Assembly: GCA_963814795.1 (NCBI GenBank)
Contig: CAWFEK010000013.1
Span: forward strand, 4,094 to 68,093
Direction: 5' to 3'
Length of the DNA: 64,000 bases
Source: Bryobacterales bacterium
Lineage (GTDB): Bacteria; Acidobacteriota; Terriglobia; Bryobacterales; Bryobacteraceae
The position numbers and the translations under genes are program-made. Below are positions 27,092-34,796 of the stretch, in pieces (the stretch's first letter is position 1; each line of letters starts with the position of its first letter). Below the pieces are notes generated by a model. The model was not told where the DNA came from. It worked only from the letters and a program-made list of their open reading frames with translations, and did no database searches.

Positions 27092-28189
27092 ATGCAACTA
27101 AACATCCTAATCCTCCCCGGCGACGGCATAGGCGCCGAAGTAACCAACGAAGCCGTAAAAGTCCTTAATCAAGTAGCCAAAACCTTCCACCACCAACTCA
27201 ACCTAACCGAGGGCCTGCTAGGCGGCGTAGCCATCCACAAAACCGGCACCCCACTCCCGCAAGAAACCATCGACCTCGCACTCCAGGCCGACGCCACACT
27301 CATGGGCGCCGTCGGACTCCCCGAATTCGACCAGGCCCCACCCGAAAAGCGTCCCGAAAAAGGCCTGCTCGGCATTCGAAAAGTCCTGGGCGTCTACGCC
27401 AACCTCCGCCCCGTCCGATCCTACAAAGCCCTGCTAGATTCCTCGCCGCTGAAAAACAACATCGTAGACGGAACCGACATGATCATCGTCCGCGAGCTCA
27501 CCGGCGGCATCTACTACGGAACTCCGCGCGGAATCCACCAGGATGGCGCCGAAACCCGCGCCGTCAACACCATGACCTACTCCAGCTCCGAAATCGCCCG
27601 CGTCTCGCGCATGGCCTTTCGCCTGGCGCGCAACCGCCGCAATAAGGTCACCAGCGTGGACAAATCGAATGTGCTGGAGAACTCGCAGCTCTGGCGAAAA
27701 GTCGTGGTGGAAATCGCCGCCGAATTTCCCGATGTCGCACTCGACCACATCCTGGTGGACAATTGCGCCATGCAACTGATCCTCAATCCGCGCCGCTTCG
27801 ACATATTGCTCACCGAGAACATGTTCGGCGATATCCTAAGTGATGAAGGTGCGGTCCTGGCCGGATCCATCGGCATGCTGCCCTCGGCATCGCTCGGCGA
27901 CAAAAAAGGCCTATACGAACCAGTCCACGGCAGCGCCCCGGATATCGCCGGCAAGAACAAAGCCAACCCCTTCGGCGCCATCGGATCAGTAGCCGCCATG
28001 CTCGAATACAGTTTCGGTTTAAAAGAGGAAGCCGCGGCAGTGTACGCGGCCGTAGAAGCAGTCCTAAACTCAGGCCAAGTCACAGCCGACCTCAACGGAA
28101 AATCCACCACGTCCGAAGTAGGCGACGCCGTGGCGCACGCACTCGTGCGTGCCGTGTTCGCACCCATGCGAACACCAAGCAAGCCATGA
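27092..28189 (+). CDS. leuB: 3-isopropylmalate dehydrogenase
   Basis: [33 protein letters not shown] and [14 protein letters not shown] motifs. The last 16-19 codons are encoded by REP2. Confidence 0.95.
   Translation: MQLNILILPGDGIGAEVTNEAVKVLNQVAKTFHHQLNLTEGLLGGVAIHKTGTPLPQETIDLALQADATLMGAVGLPEFDQAPPEKRPEKGLLGIRKVLGVYANLRPVRSYKALLDSSPLKNNIVDGTDMIIVRELTGGIYYGTPRGIHQDGAETRAVNTMTYSSSEIARVSRMAFRLARNRRNKVTSVDKSNVLENSQLWRKVVVEIAAEFPDVALDHILVDNCAMQLILNPRRFDILLTENMFGDILSDEGAVLAGSIGMLPSASLGDKKGLYEPVHGSAPDIAGKNKANPFGAIGSVAAMLEYSFGLKEEAAAVYAAVEAVLNSGQVTADLNGKSTTSEVGDAVAHALVRAVFAPMRTPSKP
28130..28176 (+). repeat. REP2 double-hairpin element inside the leuB 3' end
   Basis: GTGGCGCACGCACTCGTGCGTGCCG followed by GTGTTCGCACCCATGCGAACAC. 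It is translated as [15 protein letters not shown]. Confidence 0.8.
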
Positions 28190-29604
28190 AAGACAAAATG
28201 CAACCACGCACCATAATCGAAAAAGTCTGGGACAACCACATAGTCACCCAAAGCGCGTCAGCCCCCACGCTGCTCTACATCGACCTCCACCTGGTCCACG
28301 AAGTAACATCCCCTCAAGCTTTCGACGGCCTCCGCACCCGCGGCATCAAAGTCCGCCGACCCGATCTCACCATCGCCACTACGGACCACAGCACTCCCAC
28401 CACCCCCCGCTCCTTCCCCATCATCGATAAAGTCGCCGCCGCCCAAGTCGCTAAGCTAGAAGCCAATTGCAAAGAATTCGGCATCCGCTGCTTCGGCCTC
28501 GATAGCCCGCAGCAAGGCATCGTCCACGTCATCGGCCCCGAACAAGGACTCACCCAACCCGGCATGACCGTAGTCTGCGGCGATAGCCACACCGCCACGC
28601 ACGGCGCATTTGGCGCGTTAGCCTTCGGCATAGGAACCAGCGAAGTAGAACACGTCCTGGCTTCCCAATGCCTTTTGCAAAACAAACCCAAAACCTATCA
28701 AGTCCGTGTCGACGGCGTTTTGAAACCCGGCGTCACCGCCAAAGACATCATCCTGGCCATGATCGCCCGCATCGGCATCGGCGGAGGCACCGGCTGCATC
28801 TTCGAATATTCGGGCTCAGCCATTCGCGCTCTTTCCATGGACGAACGCATGACCGTCTGCAACATGTCCATCGAAGCCGGCGCGCGCGGCGGATTGATCG
28901 CGCCAGACGACACGACATATCAATACGTCGCCGGCCGTCCCTACGCACCGAAAGACGCAGCCTGGGACGCCGCCGCGGCGCGCTGGCGCCAATTACCCAC
29001 CGATGAAGGCGCAGCCTACGACAAAAATCTCTCGCTCGATGCCTCCGCGCTCGAACCCATGATCACTTTCGGCACCAACCCCGGCATGGGCATCCCCATT
29101 ACCGCCCGAATCCCCAATCCCAGCGACATCACCGACCCCTTGGAGCGCGACACCCTCGCCAAAGCTCTCCGCTACATGGATCTCGAAGCCGGCAAGCCTT
29201 TACTCGGCCATCCCTTGAACGTAGTCTTCATCGGAAGCTGCACCAACTCCCGAATCTCGGATCTCCGTAGCGCCGCCAATATTCTGCGCGGCCGAAAAGT
29301 TCATCCCGGATTACGTGTCATGGTAGTCCCCGGCTCCCAACAAGTGAAAGCGCAAGCGCAAGCCGAAGGCCTGGATCAAATCTTCCGCGATGCCGGCGCG
29401 GACTGGCGTGAGGCCGGCTGCTCCATGTGCATCGCCATGAATGGCGATCAACTCCAGCCCGGCGAATACAGCGTCTCCACCAGCAATCGCAACTTCGAAG
29501 GACGCCAAGGCAAAGGCGGCCGAACCTTCCTGGCCAGCCCCTTGACCGCCGCCGCGTCCGCCATCACCGGCGTAGTTTCAGATGTAAGAGAGTTACTCCG
29601 ATGA
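28186..29604 (+). CDS. leuC: 3-isopropylmalate dehydratase large subunit
   Basis: [24 protein letters not shown], the CNMSIE region and GSCTNSR aconitase-family motifs. ATGA overlap with leuB. Confidence 0.95.
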   Translation: MKDKMQPRTIIEKVWDNHIVTQSASAPTLLYIDLHLVHEVTSPQAFDGLRTRGIKVRRPDLTIATTDHSTPTTPRSFPIIDKVAAAQVAKLEANCKEFGIRCFGLDSPQQGIVHVIGPEQGLTQPGMTVVCGDSHTATHGAFGALAFGIGTSEVEHVLASQCLLQNKPKTYQVRVDGVLKPGVTAKDIILAMIARIGIGGGTGCIFEYSGSAIRALSMDERMTVCNMSIEAGARGGLIAPDDTTYQYVAGRPYAPKDAAWDAAAARWRQLPTDEGAAYDKNLSLDASALEPMITFGTNPGMGIPITARIPNPSDITDPLERDTLAKALRYMDLEAGKPLLGHPLNVVFIGSCTNSRISDLRSAANILRGRKVHPGLRVMVVPGSQQVKAQAQAEGLDQIFRDAGADWREAGCSMCIAMNGDQLQPGEYSVSTSNRNFEGRQGKGGRTFLASPLTAAASAITGVVSDVRELLR

Positions 29605-30179
29605 ACAAATTCACCCCATTTGAAAGCCGCCTGGTCCCGCTCCCGATCGACAACATCGACACCGACCAGATCATCCCGGCAAGGTTCCTCAAAACAATTT
29701 CCAAAGACGGCTTAGGCGACCAGCTTTTCTACGACTGGCGCTACGATGCCGAGGGAAATCCCAAGCCCGACTTCATCCTGAATATGCCCGAAGCCAAACA
29801 ATCGCAGATCCTGTTAGCCGGCGACAACTTCGGCTGCGGCAGCAGTCGGGAGCACGCCCCCTGGGCCCTGACCCAATACGGATTCCGCGCCGTAATCAGC
29901 ACCAGCTTCGCCGACATCTTCAAACAAAACTCCCTGAAAAATTCCCTGCTCCCAATCGTCGTCCCCCGCGAAGTCCACGCCGAGCTATTCGCGGATCCCA
30001 CCACCCCGGTAAAAATAAATCTGTCCACCCAAACCCTAACTCTCCAGAACGGCCGCACCATAGAATTTCCAGTAGACCCCTTCGCCAAGCACTGCCTCTT
30101 AGAAGGCATCGACGAACTAGGCTACATCCTGCAACAAGCCCCAGCCATCGCTGCGTTCGAGCATGCGAAAAAGTGGTGA
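29601..30179 (+). CDS. leuD: 3-isopropylmalate dehydratase small subunit
   Basis: [16 protein letters not shown] and [17 protein letters not shown] motifs. ATGA overlap with leuC. Confidence 0.95.
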   Translation: MNKFTPFESRLVPLPIDNIDTDQIIPARFLKTISKDGLGDQLFYDWRYDAEGNPKPDFILNMPEAKQSQILLAGDNFGCGSSREHAPWALTQYGFRAVISTSFADIFKQNSLKNSLLPIVVPREVHAELFADPTTPVKINLSTQTLTLQNGRTIEFPVDPFAKHCLLEGIDELGYILQQAPAIAAFEHAKKW

Positions 30180-30351
30180 CAGGCTTCGAATTTCCGCACC
30201 AAACAATCCTTTAGAACGAGGAACGTCCCTGCGGAATTTCGTTGCCTGTCACCATTTTTTCCTACAAAAAATCGGTGACAGGATACCAATTTCCGCACCA
30301 AGCGATGCCCTGTGGAACGGGAACGCCCGCGTATTTTCGTTGCATGTCACC
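30175..30351. repeat. Two tandem family-4 palindromic units of about 78 nt (30175-30253 and 30274-30351)
   Basis: GGTGACAGGCTTCGAATTTCCGCACC ... GCGGAATTTCGTTGCCTGTCACC, then GGTGACAGGATACCAATTTCCGCACC ... CGTATTTTCGTTGCATGTCACC. The first arm overlaps the leuD stop. Confidence 0.8.
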
Positions 30352-30352
30352 A

Positions 30353-30545
30353 TTCTTCTCCAGCGCCCTATGCCGGTCGCATCGCAGATGTCGTAACCAG
30401 CCGCGCGAAGCAGCTCAGCCAAGAGCGGCAAAGCGTGATCGATCAGGACTTTCAAGCTGAATCTGGAAGCGGCAGCCACGGGAATCCGCGGGTGGCGCAC
30501 GCAAGGGACTCCACCCATCTGCGCGGGATCCACTGAATTCTTCAT
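30353..30545 (-). pseudogene. Remnant of a DUF433-like / DUF5615-like (PIN-related) pair, fused and truncated
   Basis: DPAQMGGVPCVRHPRIPV resembles the DUF433 core. LKVLIDHALPLLAELLRAAGYD resembles a DUF5615 N-terminus. The frame then runs into the family-4 repeat. Confidence 0.4.
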
Positions 30546-30724
30546 CGTGTCGCCCTCTTAGCCGCCAGGCGTTTCTTCCCACCCGACACCACGTCCTCAA
30601 AGAACTCCCTCAACTCCGCGTCGCCCCTTAGCTCGATCGAATCGCCCCGCTCAAGGGAAGCAAAGCCTTCAAGAACCGCCTCCCGCGCCCCGTCCGGATC
30701 GAGTAGCGTCTCTCGATCGCTCAA
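30542..30724 (-). CDS. Small ORF resembling the C-terminal half of a ParD/RHH-type antitoxin, possible fragment
   Basis: AVLEGFASLERGDSIEL...FFEDVVSGGKKRLAAK. Only a TTG start is available and no N-terminal ribbon-helix-helix is visible. Confidence 0.25.
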   Translation of the reverse strand: MSDRETLLDPDGAREAVLEGFASLERGDSIELRGDAELREFFEDVVSGGKKRLAAKRATR

Positions 30725-30947
30725 GAAGCCACCCGTGGCGCCCGCTGAACATCGCTCGGCAGCGCCAGCTTCCGGAACAACCGCGCCGGATACAAGTAAT
30801 CCTCACCCGACTCATCAACCACCCGAATCAGCTTGTTGCTTCCGCGTCCGGATCATCAATGAACGGATACAGTTTCCTGACCTCGAGTGAAGCAGCGAAT
30901 CCATTGTTCCGCAGGCAGACGGCAAATCCATTCTTCTTGGCCGGCAT
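30721..30947 (-). pseudogene. Small conserved hypothetical protein (xLRNxGFxASLExRKxY ... IRVVDESGEDYLYP type), frame broken near 30828-30842
   Basis: From ATG 30947: MPAKKNGFAVCLRNNGFAASLEVRKLYPFIDDPDAEA, then a stop. A second frame continues NKLIRVVDESGEDYLYPARLFRKLALPSDVQRA. Both halves are under 60 aa, so neither is in the ORF track. Confidence 0.55.
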
Positions 30948-30949
30948 AG

Positions 30950-31186
30950 TCAATCCACAAAACGCTTGATCTTGATTTCCTTCTTCCCGATGCCAGAGGC
31001 TTCATACCAGTGAAGCTCCGCTCTTCGTGTCCTACCATCGGTCAGACGCACACTTGCGAATCCTTTGCGCTTCCTATTGACCGGCCCCTCGCGAATGTCT
31101 CGATCTCTACGATGTCGCCCAGGACACTGAAAAACACTCTTGCGGAATTCTACCAGGAAACCACCAACCGCCGGATGCTCGTTCAC
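30950..31186 (-). CDS. Hypothetical small protein, possibly also degenerate
   Basis: The ORF-track entry ends ...VRLTDGRTRRAELHWYEASGIGKKEIKIKRFVD. No family is confidently recognised. Confidence 0.3.
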   Translation of the reverse strand: MNEHPAVGGFLVEFRKSVFQCPGRHRRDRDIREGPVNRKRKGFASVRLTDGRTRRAELHWYEASGIGKKEIKIKRFVD

Positions 31187-31504
31187 AGCGCGGCTAGCGT
31201 CATCAACCCCTCCCGATCAACAACCTCCACGAATTCCCACAGCCATCCCGCCCACCCTCGTGCTATTCATTCACCCAGGGAGACATCCATGCAACCTACC
31301 CCCACCCGCCGTTTCTCCTCCGCCACTTACCCACCCCTGGCTTCGTTTTTTCAAAAGACAAAATTCCACCACCACCCCGCACACAAGATCCGTCAGATGC
31401 GTCAGGACAAACCGCCCGCTTCGTCCCAGAAACGAACACTAACAAGCGCCAAACCATTGCATACACATCACTTAACTTGGCCCCCAACCTGCTCCGCCCT
31501 CCCC

Positions 31505-33901
31505 ATGGACCTGAAATTCGCCTTTCGATCCCTGCGCAAGAACCCCGGATTCACACTGCTCGCCGTCCTGGTCATGGCCCTCGGCATCGGCGCCAACACC
31601 GCTGTCTTCAGCGTGGTCAACGCCGTGCTTTTCAAGCCGCTGGCCTACTCCCATCCGGATCGCATCGTCACCCTCAGCTCACTCTGGCGCAAGAGCGGAT
31701 CTCACGGTACCGTCTCCGCCCCCGATTTCCACGATTGGCACAACCAAAGCACCGCCTTTACCGCCATGGCCTACTACGCGAATGACGAAACTTCGGTCAC
31801 CGCGGGTTCCTCGGCCGAATATGGAAATGTGGCTGTCGTCACCCCCGAATTCTTTAGGGTTTTCGAACTGGAACCACGCTCCGGCCGCCTGTTCACTCCC
31901 GAGGAGCAGAAGCCCGGCGGCTCGCCCGTGGTTCTCATCAGCCATTCCTTTTGGCAGAGCCACTTTGGCGGCAATCAACGCGCTCTCGGGCAAACCGTGA
32001 AGATGCTCGACAAGACCTTCAACATCGTGGGCGTCCTTCCTCCAACATTTCATTTCCCGGACAAAACCGACATCTGGTTTCCCGCCTCCACCTTTGAAGA
32101 GACCGAACATCGGTCGGCCCACAACTACCGTGTGGTCGGCCGGCTGAAACCGGACGCTACTTTGGAACAAGCCCAAGCCCAGATGACCTCCATTGGGACT
32201 CGCCTCGAGCAGCAATATCCGGCCAGTAATAAGGACAAGAATGTCGCCGTCACGCGCATGCGCGACGACATGGTGTCGAACGTCCAGCTCACCCTGTATC
32301 TTTTACTGGGCGCGGTCACCCTGGTGTTGCTCATCGCCTGCGCCAACGTGGCGAACCTGCTGCTGGCCAAGTCCACCACCCGAACCCGCGAAATCGCTGT
32401 TCGCGCCGCAGTAGGCGCCAGCCGCGCCCGCATTATTCGACAATTGATCACCGAAAGTCTCTTGCTGGCCCTGTTGTCGGCCGGCGCCGGATTGATCCTC
32501 GCCGTATGGGGATCGGCCGCGCTGGTGGCGCTGGCTCCCAAAAACGTGCCGCGCCTCGCCGAAACCAGTATCGATGGCTGGGTGCTGGCCTTTACCCTGG
32601 GGCTCTCCGTGATCTCCAGCCTCCTCTTCGGACTTGCGCCCGCGCTGCACGCCTCTCGCGTCGATTTGAACGACGCGCTCAAGCAGGGTGGGGGACGCGC
32701 CGTAATGGGCGGCGGCGGACGAATTCGCGCAGCGCTCGTTGTCGCCGAAATCGCCTTGTCCGTGATCTTGCTGGCCGGCGCCGGCCTGCTTATCAAGAGC
32801 TTCAATGCTCTAAATAGTGTTGCGCTGGGATATCATCCTGAACACGTTTTGGTGATGGAAACCAGCGTCCCCGCCAGCGACGATGTCCCCAGCGCCCGCC
32901 GCGCCACCCGCTTCTATAAGGACTTGCTCAACGACGTCGCCGCTCTGCCTGGCGTCACCGCATCCGGCGCCACCCGCACCACGCCCGGTCACGTCAGCTC
33001 CAACGGCGGCTACTGGCTGGACCATCTTCCGCCGCTGGACCAATTGTCCGTCAGCGCACCTCAGGCCGTTTTTTCCATCGTGACTCCCGGCGCGTTCCGG
33101 ACCCTCGGAATTCCGCTTCGCACCGGCCGCGACTTCAACGACGGCGATGTATACGAAGCCCCCTTCACCGCCATCGTCAATGAAGCCTTGGCGCGCAAGT
33201 CGTTTCCTGGCCAGGATCCTATCGGTCACCTGATCTTCTGCGGCATGGATTCTTTGAATCCCATGAAAATTGTCGGCGTCGCCGCCGACGTGCGGCAGTA
33301 CGGCCCAGCCCAACAGCCTTCGCCCGAGATTTATATGCCCTATGAGCAGCATCCGCAGCCATCCACTGCGCTGAGCATCTTGGTTCGGACCACCAACGAT
33401 CCCGCGGTGTTCGAGGAAACTCTGCGCCGCAAAACACGCGAGCGCTCTTCCGATGTCCCCGTCAAGTTCACCACCATGGACGCGTCGATCGCTGAAAATG
33501 TCGCCGCGCCCAGATTCCGAACCCTGCTGCTCGCCATCTTCGCGGCGGTGGCCGTCTGCCTGGCCATGGCCGGCGTCTACGGTGTGATGGCCTATCTGGT
33601 GAGCCAGCGCTCCAACGAAATCGGCCTGCGCATGGCCTTGGGCGCCAGCCCCGCCGATGTCTCGCGATTGGTTCTGCGGGAGGGAACGCTGCTCACCGGC
33701 GCGGGCTTGGTGCTAGGCCTGGCCGGCGCCTTCGCCGCTACCCGCCTGCTCTCCAGCGTCCTCTTTGAAGTGAAACCGGGTGACCCCATGACCTATGCCG
33801 CCGTGTCGGTCCTGCTGGCAGTTGTGGCCCTCGCTGCCAGCTGCATTCCGGCTTACCGCGCCTCCAAAGTCGATCCAATTGTCGCCCTACGTCAGGAATA
33901 G
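31505..33901 (+). CDS. ADOP-type duplicated FtsX/MacB-like permease (copy 2)
   Basis: MDLKFAFRSLRKNPGFTLLAVLVMALGIGANTAVF at Met166 of ORF 31010..33901. Same two-half architecture. C-terminal RASKVDPIVALRQE. Confidence 0.9.
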   Translation: MDLKFAFRSLRKNPGFTLLAVLVMALGIGANTAVFSVVNAVLFKPLAYSHPDRIVTLSSLWRKSGSHGTVSAPDFHDWHNQSTAFTAMAYYANDETSVTAGSSAEYGNVAVVTPEFFRVFELEPRSGRLFTPEEQKPGGSPVVLISHSFWQSHFGGNQRALGQTVKMLDKTFNIVGVLPPTFHFPDKTDIWFPASTFEETEHRSAHNYRVVGRLKPDATLEQAQAQMTSIGTRLEQQYPASNKDKNVAVTRMRDDMVSNVQLTLYLLLGAVTLVLLIACANVANLLLAKSTTRTREIAVRAAVGASRARIIRQLITESLLLALLSAGAGLILAVWGSAALVALAPKNVPRLAETSIDGWVLAFTLGLSVISSLLFGLAPALHASRVDLNDALKQGGGRAVMGGGGRIRAALVVAEIALSVILLAGAGLLIKSFNALNSVALGYHPEHVLVMETSVPASDDVPSARRATRFYKDLLNDVAALPGVTASGATRTTPGHVSSNGGYWLDHLPPLDQLSVSAPQAVFSIVTPGAFRTLGIPLRTGRDFNDGDVYEAPFTAIVNEALARKSFPGQDPIGHLIFCGMDSLNPMKIVGVAADVRQYGPAQQPSPEIYMPYEQHPQPSTALSILVRTTNDPAVFEETLRRKTRERSSDVPVKFTTMDASIAENVAAPRFRTLLLAIFAAVAVCLAMAGVYGVMAYLVSQRSNEIGLRMALGASPADVSRLVLREGTLLTGAGLVLGLAGAFAATRLLSSVLFEVKPGDPMTYAAVSVLLAVVALAASCIPAYRASKVDPIVALRQE

Positions 33902-33928
33902 CGCTTCCGCCTGCGGCCCGCCAAATGT

Positions 33929-34013
33929 CAGGAAGACGCGTTGTGGCAAGCTCGGTTGGCAGTGGGGCAGGCGCTTCCGCCTGCCAACCGGCGTCTTCAA
34001 CGGAGCCGATGCC
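33929..34013. repeat. Composite REP1 element with GAAGACGC/GCGTCTTC outer arms (left REP1 truncated)
   Basis: CAGGAAGACGCGTTGTGGCAAGCTCGGTTGGCA | GTGGGGCAGGCGCTTCCGCCTGCCAACCGGCGTCTTCAACGGAGCCGATGCC. Confidence 0.75.
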
Positions 34014-34050
34014 TTGTAGGTTCCGGCCACCGTTTGTGCGAAAATAAGGT

Positions 34051-34293
34051 ATGGCTCGAGGTTGGGAAAGCAAGTCGGTCGAGTCTCAAATCGAATTGGC
34101 AGAGTCCCGGCGATCCGCCAGCCGTGGCGTAGCTCTTAACGCCCTGGAAGCGGAACGAATCAAGAAGCGTGAAAGTCTGCTCCTCTCTCGCACTCGTGTT
34201 CTTCATGATCTTGAAACCGCGCACAATCCACGCTATCGGGAAATCCTGCTGGCCGCGTTGAAACATCTCGACGACAAGCTTTTAGAAGTTTGA
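34051..34293 (+). CDS. Hypothetical small protein
   Basis: 80-aa ORF with charged helical composition. Its stop overlaps the next gene's (non-ATG) start by 4 nt. No family was recognised. Confidence 0.45.
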   Translation: MARGWESKSVESQIELAESRRSASRGVALNALEAERIKKRESLLLSRTRVLHDLETAHNPRYREILLAALKHLDDKLLEV

Positions 34294-34796
34294 GTAAACA
34301 TCCCGGCCCCAATCTACGGCTCCGCATTGCGGAAGCCGCTGACGCCGAAGCCGTCACTCGCCTCATTAACGCCGCTTTCCAGGTGGAGTTTTACTTTCTT
34401 GGCGCGGACCGCATCGGCCTCCCAGAAATCCGCGAGCGTCTGAGTCGAGGGAAATTCATTCTGGCTGAAGAAGACGGCCGGCTCACCGGCTGCGTCTACG
34501 TGGAGGCGGGGGGCGAGCGCGCCTATCTCGGCTTGCTATCGGTAGAGCCTTCGCTGCAGGGCACCGGACGCGGCAAGCAGTTGATGGACGCCGCGGAGCA
34601 GCATTGCCGCGCCGCCGGCTGCCTCTTCATGGATCTTCGCGTGGTCAATCTGCGGACAGAACTCCTGCCGTTTTACCGGAAATTCGGCTACGCTGAAACC
34701 GGCAGTATGCCGTTTCCCGAGAAAGTGCGCACCATTCTGCCCTGTCATTTACTGATCATGTCCAAGCCGCTCACTCCTCCAGGAATTGAGCCTTGA
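34290..34796 (+). CDS. GNAT-family N-acetyltransferase
   Basis: LRIAEAADAEAVTRLINAAF and acetyl-CoA motif LSVEPSLQGTGRGKQLMDAAE. Confidence 0.85.
   Translation: MSKHPGPNLRLRIAEAADAEAVTRLINAAFQVEFYFLGADRIGLPEIRERLSRGKFILAEEDGRLTGCVYVEAGGERAYLGLLSVEPSLQGTGRGKQLMDAAEQHCRAAGCLFMDLRVVNLRTELLPFYRKFGYAETGSMPFPEKVRTILPCHLLIMSKPLTPPGIEP

Noticed and set aside
31010-31504. 165-aa N-terminal extension of the ADOP copy 2 ORF
   Set aside because: Homology to the other ADOP copies begins at Met 31505. The extension is Pro/His/Thr-rich read-through that overlaps the minus-strand remnants.
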